From contig OZ242010.1 in assembly GCA_965204745.1 (NCBI GenBank), forward strand, positions 2,944,001 through 3,008,000: a stretch of DNA of 64,000 nt. Direction: 5' to 3'. The DNA is from Candidatus Latescibacterota bacterium. Its GTDB lineage: Bacteria; Latescibacterota; UBA2968. The position numbers were made by a program, and so were the translations under genes. Numbering within the stretch: the first letter of the stretch is position 1; each line of letters starts with the position of its first letter. The notes beneath the pieces were generated by a model, which made no database searches, was not told where the DNA came from, and worked only from the letters and a program-made list of their open reading frames with translations. Shown one piece after another: positions 9,552-18,670 of this stretch.

Positions 9552-11333
9552 ATGAAGCACAGATGGACACACCGGTTGACAGTCGGCTTGTTGGGAATTG
9601 CTACGATTTTGATCGCGATGTGGGGGTGCGGGCGCGAGCGCGTAAATCCCGTTGACTCAAATTTTGAGGGCGGCAGCGGCGCGGCTCTGAATCCACCGGG
9701 CAATATTCGCGCCCAAGGCACTATTGGGCGGATCGCCTTGAACTGGAACCCGGTGAACAACGCCAACTTGGCGGGCTACGGCGTCTATCGGGCAACATCG
9801 GCGACGGGAGAATTTGTGCGGTTGCGCGGCGAGGCATCTGCCGCCGAGGTGACGACCGCACGTACGACCTTTGTGGATTCCACGCTCGATCTGAGCGTGT
9901 CGAAAATCTATTTTTACAAACTCAAGACCGTGGATGCAGATGGGGGAGCGAGTGAATTTTCCACTTATGTAAGCGCGGAAGCCCTCGACGACACGCGGGC
10001 GCCGGGCGCGCCGACGAATTTCGTCGCCGTCACCGATGTCGATAATGCCCAAGTGACGCTGGGTTGGGCCGCGCCAGAGATGGATGAAGGCAATGCGGAA
10101 TTGACCGGGCTTTCGGGGTACAAAATTTTCAGGATCAAGGATTCGCAGGGCAGACTTCAGGTGCAAGGATCGCAGGAGGCTCTGCTCGCACTCATAGGGG
10201 ACTTGGGCATCGACCTCGATGATTTGGGGCAATTGTCCGAGGAATTGACAGATATTTTTGTGCAATTTGGCACCGTGCCAAGCGGCCAGACCTTTTTTGT
10301 CGATACGGACAGGCTCGAAGTCGGCGTGCTCTACGTTTATTTGGTCAGGGCGGTCGATCCTGCGGGCAATACGGGGCGTGCGGCGATAGCTTTGGTGACC
10401 GTACAGGCACCGGGCGCGAGCTTGCCAATGCCTGCGAATTTGCGCGCGACGCAAAACCAACAGGCGCGCATCGTCGTGTCGTGGAATCCGGTGGTCGATC
10501 CCGATTTGCTCGGGTATCTGGTTTTGCGGTCACAATCCACGCAAGGGCCATTCAACCCCGTAACAGAAGATACGCTCTTTACCACGGGTCAGACGCAATA
10601 CGTGGATTCGCTGGTCGTGGTCGAAGCGGTGTATTTCTACAAAGTTCAAACGGTCGTGCAGGATCCCACCCATGGGGTCTTACGCAGTGACGCTTCCACG
10701 TTCATCGACGGGCGGGCAATTGCCGATCAGAGCCCCCCGGCCGCGCCCGGCAATTTGATCGCCAATGCCGAGGGCGGCACGGCGGTTGAGTTGCGCTGGA
10801 ACGCGCCCAAAACCGACGCTAATAACAGGGACCTGACCGGGCTTACGGGTTATGTGATTTACCGTGGCGCCTCGGGGGATGGACTCACCGAATTGGTTCG
10901 CGTGGATGCGGCTGAGCGCAGGTATTTTGATAGGGATGTGGAAGAAAATACGGCCTATACCTATCAGATCACTGCTATTGATGCCCACGGGAATGAGAGT
11001 GCGCGCACTGCTCGCGTGACAGCGAGAACAGAAGCGGGCGTCGTGCCTGCTAGGGATTTGCGGGCCGCTTATGATAGCGGTGCAGATGCGGTCAATTTGA
11101 GGTGGGTCGCGCCCCCTGTGTTCGACAGTTTCATCGTTGAACGCGCAGAACTCCCGGCAGGCAGTGCTTCGAGCCAGAATTTGTCCTATCAAACGCTGGT
11201 TTTCGACCATTCCTCCACGTCTTATGTCGATAGTGGTATCGACAGTCGCACCACTTATGTTTATCGAGTTCGCGTTAATCTCAATGGACGGATTAGCGAT
11301 CCCACAGAAGCGGTTTTTGTCCGGATTCCATAG
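9552..11333 (+). CDS. Fibronectin type III repeat lipoprotein
   Basis: AMWGC lipobox; about five FnIII units (W..P / GY.VYR / YxYxV). Confidence 0.85.
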   Translation: MKHRWTHRLTVGLLGIATILIAMWGCGRERVNPVDSNFEGGSGAALNPPGNIRAQGTIGRIALNWNPVNNANLAGYGVYRATSATGEFVRLRGEASAAEVTTARTTFVDSTLDLSVSKIYFYKLKTVDADGGASEFSTYVSAEALDDTRAPGAPTNFVAVTDVDNAQVTLGWAAPEMDEGNAELTGLSGYKIFRIKDSQGRLQVQGSQEALLALIGDLGIDLDDLGQLSEELTDIFVQFGTVPSGQTFFVDTDRLEVGVLYVYLVRAVDPAGNTGRAAIALVTVQAPGASLPMPANLRATQNQQARIVVSWNPVVDPDLLGYLVLRSQSTQGPFNPVTEDTLFTTGQTQYVDSLVVVEAVYFYKVQTVVQDPTHGVLRSDASTFIDGRAIADQSPPAAPGNLIANAEGGTAVELRWNAPKTDANNRDLTGLTGYVIYRGASGDGLTELVRVDAAERRYFDRDVEENTAYTYQITAIDAHGNESARTARVTARTEAGVVPARDLRAAYDSGADAVNLRWVAPPVFDSFIVERAELPAGSASSQNLSYQTLVFDHSSTSYVDSGIDSRTTYVYRVRVNLNGRISDPTEAVFVRIP

Positions 11334-11359
11334 AGTGAGATGGCAAGGGGCGAAGTCAG

Positions 11360-11393
11360 ACGGCGTTCTTAAAAAGAAGGACGCCGTTTTTTT
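11360..11393 (+). terminator. Rho-independent terminator
   Basis: ACGGCGTTCTT/AAGGACGCCGT stem followed by a T-run. Confidence 0.75.
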
Positions 11394-11578
11394 CGCATAA
11401 AAGGCGACACATTTAGACCACATGTTGTTATTCATGCGTCAGTTTTCGACGCCTAAATTTTCACGATAATTTTAAGTACTTGTTTTTCAACATATTGCAA
11501 ATTTTGCCGATTTTGGCACAGTTCATGCATAATATCTCCCCCAACACTTGTTCACCAACCCACCTACAGGAGGCTGTT

Positions 11579-12887
11579 ATGGGAGATGTTTTGATCGTCG
11601 ATGGAAACCCGCAACGCGCAATGCAAGCGGTGCAGTTGCTGAGGGACTTGGACGCCAAGGCGTGCATCACCGGTTCTGTCGTGGACTGCCTGAAACACCT
11701 CGAGGAGCAAAAACCCGACCTCGCGTTGGTCGCCGAAGAGCTTCCCGATGGGCAGGGCGTGCAACTGCTTCCCGCGTTTGATGGTCTGTGTCCGGTCGTG
11801 ATCGTGGGGGAATACATGGTGTCCGATAGGATTCTGGAGACATTGTCCTTGGGCGCGCGAGATTTTCTCGTCCATCCCCTCGACCGACAGGTGTTGGATA
11901 CGTTGCTCTCTCAACTGCGCGTTGAGGGTAAAATCGCATTGCGCTACCTGCCCCAAAATCACCGGTACGAGTCCCCCACCGGGATGGTGATCGGCTCGTG
12001 CCCGAGCATGTTGGACGCGCTCAAACGTGCGGGCCTGACCGCGAAAACATCGGCCTCGGTGCTGTGATTCACGGGGAAAGCGGAACCGGAAAGGAGTTGA
12101 TGGCGCGAGAAATCCATCGGGCGTCGGGAAGATCCGGGGCATTTGTCGCGCTCAACTGCGCGGCGGTGGCAGAAGGCATTGCCGAGAGCGAATTGTTCGG
12201 GCACGAGCGCGGCGCGTTTACCGGCGCCGTGAGCCGGCGGGCCGGGTGTTTTGAACAAGCCGATGGCGGCACGCTTTTTTTGGACGAAATCGGCGAGGCG
12301 TCGTCCTCATTTCAAGCCAAGTTGTTGCGCGCCTTGGACCGCGGCGAATTTGTCCGGGTGGGCGGGTGGTTTCGGCGACCAACAGCGACCTGAAATCCCT
12401 GGTCAAGCGCGATGCGTTTCGCCTGGATCTGTTTTATCGCCTCAGCGCCGTGACCCTTGCGCTGCCGCCTCTGCGAGAACGCCGCGAGGACATTCCGCGC
12501 ATTGTGCAAGCGATGCTCTCACGGTTAAGGGGCGATGCGGGCGTGGAGGTGCAAGGCGTGTCTGAAGCGGCTGTGGAGTATCTCGTGGGCTACGAATGGC
12601 CGGGCAATTTGCGGGAGATGCAACACACCATCCACCGCGCAGCATGCCAAAAGGGCGTGATTCGCCCCGAGCATCTCGACGATCTCAAGCCCAAGCGGTC
12701 CAAGACTTCCAACGGCATTGCGACCCTGAGTGAGATTGAGCAAGCGCACATTGAACGGGTCATGCTGGCGACGGGCGGCAATCAGGGGCGGGCCTGTGAA
12801 TTGCTCGGGGTGTCGAGGCCGACCCTGCGCCGAAAGATACGCCGATACGCACTTGAAAAGAAGAAAGACGGGCGTGTTAAACCTTGA
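11579..12887 (+). pseudogene. Sigma-54 dependent (NtrC-family) regulator, disrupted
   Basis: REC-like, [30 protein letters not shown] and Fis HTH spread over three ORFs; breaks near 12063 and 12366. Confidence 0.85.
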
Positions 12888-12912
12888 CGCGAGCGTGGGT
12901 ACTGCTGATAAT
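12884..12912 (+). promoter_or_regulatory. Sigma-70 promoter for thrC
   Basis: TTGACG-N17-GATAAT. Confidence 0.5.
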
Positions 12913-12956
12913 ATGGGCGCGACACGGGTTTTGAGTTGCACAACTTAGGAGGGATT

Positions 12957-14120
12957 ATGGGATTTCTCGTGGATCTTCTTTGCACGCGAACCGGAAAGGC
13001 GTATCCAAAAGATCAACTCTGGAATTTGAGCCCCGAAGCAAACGCGCCCCTGTTTGCCCGCTACGACCTCGCCGCGGTTGCAAAGGCCCTGCGCCGGGAA
13101 AACCTCGCGGCCCGACCACCGACGATGTGGCGTTATGCCGAAGTGTTGCCGGTTGAAGACGCGCAATTTCAGGTCAGCTTGGGCGAGGGATTTACCCCGT
13201 TGTTGCAAGCCGAATCCATGGGGCGAAAGATCGGCGTGCCAAATTTGTACATCAAGGACGAGGGGTTAAATCCGACCGGGTCGTTTAAGGCCCGCGGCAT
13301 GTCCGCGGCCATTTCCCGGGCCGCGGAATTGGGGGCGTCGGCCATTGCCATTCCCTCGGCCGGCAATGCCGGGGGCGCGACCGCTGCTTATGCGGCGCGG
13401 GCGGGTTTGTCTGCCCATATTTTTATGCCCAAAGACGTGCCCCGAGCCAATTACGTGGAGTGCAAAGTTTTGGGCGCGCAGGTCGAATTGGTCGATGGGT
13501 TGATTTCGGATTGCGGGAAAATTGTGGGGTCTCGCAAGGAAGCCGAGGGCTGGTTTGACATTTCGACCCTGAAAGAGCCATACCGCGTGGAGGGAAAAAA
13601 AACGATGGGCTATGAATTGGCCGAGCAGTTCGATTGGGAATTGCCAGAGGTCGTGATTTATCCAACGGGCGGGGGCACGGGGTTGATCGGCATGTGGAAG
13701 GCGTTTGACGAGATGGAGCAGATGGGATGGATTGGGCCGGAACGCCCTCGGATGATTTCCGTGCAAGCAGCGGGATGCGCGCCCATTGTTCGCGCCTATC
13801 AAGCGGGCGCGGCGCAGGCCGAACCCTGGCGCGACGCCGAAACAGTGGCCGCGGGCTTGCGCGTGCCGGTTGCTGTCGGCGATTTTTTGATGCTCAAAGC
13901 CATTCGGGAAAGCGGGGGATGCGCGCTTTCCGTCACGGATGAAGAACTGATGGCGGCCACTTCGCAAATGGCCGCTGCCGTGGGTTCGTTTCCCGCTCCC
14001 GAAGGCGCGGCCACCCTCGCGGTCCTCGAAAAGCTCATCGCCCGCAATTTGGTTGCCGAGCACGAGCGCGTGGTGTTGTTCAACACCGGGACCGGGTTGA
14101 AATACATCGAGCTTTTTTGA
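12957..14120 (+). CDS. thrC: Threonine synthase
   Basis: LGEGFTPL, NPTGSFKARG PLP lysine, SAGNAG, YPTGGGTG, FNTGTGLKY; AGGAGG RBS. Confidence 0.9.
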   Translation: MGFLVDLLCTRTGKAYPKDQLWNLSPEANAPLFARYDLAAVAKALRRENLAARPPTMWRYAEVLPVEDAQFQVSLGEGFTPLLQAESMGRKIGVPNLYIKDEGLNPTGSFKARGMSAAISRAAELGASAIAIPSAGNAGGATAAYAARAGLSAHIFMPKDVPRANYVECKVLGAQVELVDGLISDCGKIVGSRKEAEGWFDISTLKEPYRVEGKKTMGYELAEQFDWELPEVVIYPTGGGTGLIGMWKAFDEMEQMGWIGPERPRMISVQAAGCAPIVRAYQAGAAQAEPWRDAETVAAGLRVPVAVGDFLMLKAIRESGGCALSVTDEELMAATSQMAAAVGSFPAPEGAATLAVLEKLIARNLVAEHERVVLFNTGTGLKYIELF

Positions 14121-14138
14121 GTACTCTGTTAAATTATT

Positions 14139-14462
14139 TTAATTTTTGAGTGGTGAGGATAAACGCGCTGATACTGGGCCTTCATCTTGTCTCGCGCCTT
14201 GGGCAAGGTGAACCGAAGAAGTGATTTCATCGGTTTGTGCTCCTTGAATCGCGTTGGCTTTCGGAATGGGTTCTCCGTCCTCTCGGTAACATTCCTTCAT
14301 CAACTCCCAGGCTACTTTCAACTCGACCAACGCCTCGTCGGGCGTCTGTCCGAAAGCCGAGACATTGGGCAATTCCGCAAAATGCTCGAGATAATCGCCA
14401 TCCTCGTCGAGAAACATCTCGACCGCAAACCCATCAAAATCGTCTGGGGTATTATTTTTCAC
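14139..14462 (-). CDS. hicB: HicB family antitoxin
   Basis: FAELPNVSAFGQTPDEAL..GEPIP; GTG start after AGGAG. Confidence 0.8.
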   Translation of the reverse strand: MKNNTPDDFDGFAVEMFLDEDGDYLEHFAELPNVSAFGQTPDEALVELKVAWELMKECYREDGEPIPKANAIQGAQTDEITSSVHLAQGARQDEGPVSARLSSPLKN

Positions 14463-14550
14463 TTCTTGTCTCCTCATTGTATTGCCTGAGAAATTGTCGA
14501 ACTTGGTAGCCCTTGCCCATGGCGCGATTGGCTTGGACGTGGATATCCAT
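14452..14550 (-). pseudogene. HicA toxin C-terminal remnant
   Basis: 32-aa ORF MDIHVQANRAMGKGYQVRQFL.. resembles the HicA C-terminal K.YQVRQ motif; overlaps hicB start. Confidence 0.55.
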
Positions 14551-14553
14551 TCA

Positions 14554-15303
14554 TCAAATCCGCTCCAACGCGCTGGCCTCAATCCAGCCGCCGAGGCCCG
14601 AGCGCAGGCGCACCAGTAACCACCCGCCTTCGACGCGCTCGATCTCGACCTTTGTGCCTTCGTGGAGCGTGAACACCTGAAGAAAATCGCGCCCCGGCCC
14701 ACTGCGGCCAATGGCTTCATCGGCCAGCACAATGCCTTGGGAAACTTGGCGCGCCTTAAACGCGAGCATGCCCGCACTGCCCAAAAGCGCGACCACAACT
14801 ACCGCCAGCAACCCGCCCCACAGCACGCGGCGAATGGGCACAAAAATCCAGCACGCCGCGACGCCGCCCAAACAAAAGACAAACGCGCAGACCAGAACCG
14901 CCAGCATATCGACCGAGAAAAACGCGAAAATCGCCTGCAAAATCCGCGTTGCCACATTCTCCTCGTTCTCGGTTTCTCGATCTGTTTTTCGGGCATTGGC
15001 AAATCGCAAATTCGCCAGCACATCCTCGTCTCGCGGCATCAACTTCAACGCGCGCTCATAAGACAAAATCGCGCGGCCCAACTGCCCGTTCTTAAAATAG
15101 GCATTGCCCAAATTGTAATACACCTCGCCATTGTGGAGGCCCTCGGCAATAACGCGCTGGTAGGCTGAAATCGCCGCCTGAAAATGCCCAGCGCGATACT
15201 GCTCATTGCCCCGATTGTAGAGCGCGACGGCCGACTCAGAGGCCAGCACATCCACCCACCCCATCGCACCCACGCCAACGAGGAACAACACCACTTTCAT
15301 CAT
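14554..15303 (-). CDS. batE: BatE-like TPR + SH3 protein
   Basis: YYNLGNAYFK..GRAILSYERAL TPR, two TM helices, LHEGTKV..GWI SH3; follows batD. Confidence 0.85.
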   Translation of the reverse strand: MMKVVLFLVGVGAMGWVDVLASESAVALYNRGNEQYRAGHFQAAISAYQRVIAEGLHNGEVYYNLGNAYFKNGQLGRAILSYERALKLMPRDEDVLANLRFANARKTDRETENEENVATRILQAIFAFFSVDMLAVLVCAFVFCLGGVAACWIFVPIRRVLWGGLLAVVVVALLGSAGMLAFKARQVSQGIVLADEAIGRSGPGRDFLQVFTLHEGTKVEIERVEGGWLLVRLRSGLGGWIEASALERI

Positions 15304-15345
15304 CTTTCGCCTCAATATGGGACCTATCCCCTAACCGAGAATAAC

Positions 15346-15445
15346 ATCTTGCGTCTTACCTCTCTCCATCTTGCGTCTTACCTCTCCCATCTTGCGTCTT
15401 GCCTCTCCCGTCTTACCTCTCCCGTCTTACCTCTCCCGTCTTACT
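15346..15445. repeat. TCTTACC/TCTCCCG heptamer-based array
   Basis: tandem pyrimidine-rich 7/14-mers between batD and batE. Confidence 0.8.
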
Positions 15446-15490
15446 CACCGCGCTCCATCGTGGGCTACGCCTGCACGGGGGAGGGGCGCA

Positions 15491-17313
15491 TCAAATGCAC
15501 CGCTCCAACGCGCCGATCAAATCCTCGGTCTGCCCGAACAACTGTTGCATCTCCTCTGCGGACACTTCCCCCGGCGCGAACCGCGCGCGGTCACTCGCGG
15601 CAAACACGTCTTGCACCTGCGCGATCACCTGCTCATCCACGCCGCATTCCACGAGCACAACGCGCACTTGCTCTGCGGTCAGCCCAGCGGCTACGCGATT
15701 GGTGCGATCCGCGACAAACTGCGCCAAAGACCTGTGGATCTCGCCGTAAAACCCCGTGCTATCGCCCGCGAGCATCAACTGACGCGCCTTGCCCAAACGC
15801 CTGCGCGCCTCGGATCGGGAACGCCGCCTGCGCGCATAAGCCACATCGCCTGCCAACCGCTCGCGGTGCCGCCGATACAGGTACGCGCCTGCAACCCCCA
15901 AAACCGGGACGACCTGCAAAAGCCAAAACCCGCCGCGTTGATGCAACGACAGGCTTTGATCCGCCAACCGCATGTGGTCGGGCTTGATGTACCGAATGTC
16001 ACTGCCCAGCGCGCGCACCTCTTCCCCCGGCAACCCGGCGACCGGTTGCGGCCCTTGTTCGCCTGGGGCAACGCGCAACGCAATGGGCTTGGTCCGTGCG
16101 GTCTCGTATCGCGCTTGTGTCGGATCGAAATAGGCCAGCGCGAAAGGCGGTAACGTCACCTGTCCGTCGCGCTGCGGAATCGCCACGTACTCAAATGTCT
16201 TTTGCCCACCCAAGCTGCCATCGGCTTCCATATTCGCCTTGGGATCGTAAAACTTGAACCCCGCGCCTTTGGGGCGCATCAAATCCGCTATCGCGTGCAA
16301 ATTGCCCGTGCCGCGCACCACCACCTTCACCGCTATCGGATCGCCCGCTTTCACAGAAGTAGGTATGGCTTCTGCGCGTAGCTCAAATTGTCCAACCGCG
16401 CCGCCAAACCCCACGGGCGCGCCGGGCGGCAATGGCTTCACCTCGATCTCGACATCGCCCGACCGCACCTTTACATGTTGCGTATTAAACGCGCCAAAGG
16501 GATCGAAATCGAACAAACTGCGCGACCTGCGCGCGGCGACGATTTCGCAATTCACCTCGAGTGGCTCCAAGGCGTGCTCGCCCGCTGTGGTGGGAAACAG
16601 GGCCAACCGCTTGAGCAGTGCCGCATTAAACGCACGCCCATCGACCGTCTCGCGCTGCATATTCAATCGCTGTGCATCAAACCCGGTCTCTGCCCAAAAC
16701 CCGGTGAACGTGGGCACATGGCCGTACTGCACATTTCGCAAATCGTAGCGCGTGAACAACTTATAGGTCAGGCGAACCGGCTCGCCCACGTACACCACGC
16801 GCTTGTCCGGAATCGCCTGCAAAAACAAATTTTGCTCGATATCCCGAACCTCTGTCTCGGTCATCGCCTGCCCGGCTTGGGGCACGGCCCGCGTCTTCGG
16901 ACGCCCACTCGCTTTGACCACCTCAACGCGCACCTGCTCCGACCGCATCGTTTTGCCATCGTAGGTCAACTGCGCCGGGCCGAGGAGATACGTGCCCTCA
17001 TGTTGCGCGAAAAAGAAAACACGTACGTCGTCGTGCGCTTTGTCGCCATCGCGCCATTGACAAAATTGACGGACATAGATGTAGAAGACGAACTCCCGGA
17101 CAGATGCAACCCGGCCGGCGTTGGCACATGGGGTTGCGGCAATCCCCTCATTTGCGCGGCCTCGACCACCACTGTGAACTGAATCTGCTCGCCGACCTCA
17201 ACCCGCGTGCGATCTACAGACGCCTGCAACGTCACATCCTGCGCCCGCGACGGGCTGGACAGGATGATGGAAAGGGCAAATAAAAGGGGAAATATGGGGT
17301 TCTTGTTTTTCAT
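15491..17313 (-). pseudogene. batD: BatD-like protein with single frameshift
   Basis: signal peptide + ASVDRT..VGE, YVGEP, FGGAVGQF, YFDP, DIRYIK; frame changes in the T4-C-T5 run at 17010-17019 (could be a sequencing error). Confidence 0.8.
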
Positions 17314-17431
17314 GTCAGTTGTCAGTTGTCAGTTGTCAGTTGTCAGTTGTCAGTTGTCAGTTGTCAGTTGTCAGTTGTCAGTTGTCAGTTGTCAGTTGTC
17401 AGTTGTCAGTTGTCAGTTGTCAGTTGTCAGT
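17314..17431. repeat. (GTCAGTT)n heptamer array, about 17 copies
   Basis: perfect tandem repeat abutting the batD ATG. Confidence 0.97.
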
Positions 17432-18515
17432 CCGTCACCGCTCGTGCCTTTGAACAGCTATCGCCAGTTGTACCCCTTTTGTGCCTGAACTGGCTGTCGC
17501 CTTGTGTGGCTAAACGCCCGTCTTTCAAATCAACTTCAACACTGCAACGTTCGTAATCAACAAGTTGATCAGCTCCTTCGAGAGGGGGACAAAACACCAC
17601 CCAGGCAGGAATCGTCATCATGAGTTGGTCAAATCGCAGCCGGGGGAAGGTCCAGCGGAACCACATCATGAGCACGATGAGCGCGTACACCTTGATGAAG
17701 AACCACGCGGCGTCTGGCAAAATGGGGCCGCGCCAGCCCCCCAAAAAGAGCACGGTTGCCAACGCGCATGCAAAAATCATGTGGGAGTATTCCGCGAAAA
17801 AGAACAGCCCAAAGCGCATGCCGGAATACTCGGTGTGGAAGCCGGCGACGAGTTCGGATTCCGCTTCGGGAATGTCGAACGGCGCGCGGTTGGTTTCCGC
17901 AGTGGCCGAGATGATGAAGATGATCAGCGCGATGGGTTGCACCAGCACAAAGGGATAGGACGATTGCGCGAGGGTGATGTCGTAGAGCGACATGGTGCGC
18001 GTGATCATCACAATCGGGATGACCGAGAGGATGAGCGGAATTTCGTAGGAGATATTTTGCGCGACCGAGCGCACCGCGCCGAGCAGGGCGTATTTGTTAT
18101 TCGATCCCCAGCCCGCCAAAAAGATGCCCACCACATTGATGCCGCTGATCGCGAGGATGAGGACCACGGCGATGTTGAAATCGTGAAAAATGTACGTGCG
18201 CGTAATCGGAAAGAGCGAGGACAGCGCGACCACCGGGGCAAAGACCATGATCGGCGCGATCACGTAGAGCAATTTGTTGGCGTGCGCGGGGGTGAGGAGT
18301 TCCTTGCTGAGCAATTTGCCCATGTCAAAAATTTGCTGCATCAGCCCAAAAGGCCCGCGCTGTGGCCCAATGCGCCGCTGGATGCGCGCGCTGAGTTTGC
18401 GTTCCAGCCAGATCAACGCGATGGCATTGACGCTCAAATAGCCCATAATCACCGCAATGGTCACGCCGAGCGCGAGATAGGGATTGTCGAGAAGTTGGAC
18501 GATGTCTGTTTTCAT
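17427..18515 (-). CDS. nuoH: NADH-quinone oxidoreductase subunit H, aberrant C-terminus
   Basis: ERKLSARIQRRIGP, SNNKYALLGA, AETNRAPFDIPEAESELVAG, PRLRFDQLM; last helix replaced by unrelated sequence after about 17618. Confidence 0.9.
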   Translation of the reverse strand: MKTDIVQLLDNPYLALGVTIAVIMGYLSVNAIALIWLERKLSARIQRRIGPQRGPFGLMQQIFDMGKLLSKELLTPAHANKLLYVIAPIMVFAPVVALSSLFPITRTYIFHDFNIAVVLILAISGINVVGIFLAGWGSNNKYALLGAVRSVAQNISYEIPLILSVIPIVMITRTMSLYDITLAQSSYPFVLVQPIALIIFIISATAETNRAPFDIPEAESELVAGFHTEYSGMRFGLFFFAEYSHMIFACALATVLFLGGWRGPILPDAAWFFIKVYALIVLMMWFRWTFPRLRFDQLMMTIPAWVVFCPPLEGADQLVDYERCSVEVDLKDGRLATQGDSQFRHKRGTTGDSCSKARAVTD

Positions 18516-18589
18516 TTTGCGTTTGTGATTAGATCGACAGGGCTTGCGAGGGAATGCGAAATTCTAGGATTGCCACACGTTCTCTGAGG

Positions 18590-18612
18590 GCTTCGCATAT
18601 TGCGTGCGAAGC
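18590..18612. other. Hairpin between helicase and nuoH
   Basis: GCTTCGCA-N7-TGCGAAGC perfect 8-bp stem, no T-tail. Confidence 0.4.
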
Positions 18613-18670
18613 ATTAAACCGCTCCGCATAAGCGCGCCGACGTTGACGGATTTCATTTGCAATGGGATCC

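Noticed and set aside
17314-17431. Arrays (also 27125, 43128, 50912) as CRISPR
   Set aside because: No unique spacers, unit length 7-15 nt, no cas genes.
17207-17556. ORFs translating as SVVSCQL repeats (also VVSGQW at 50729-51169)
   Set aside because: Translations of heptamer arrays, no coding evidence.
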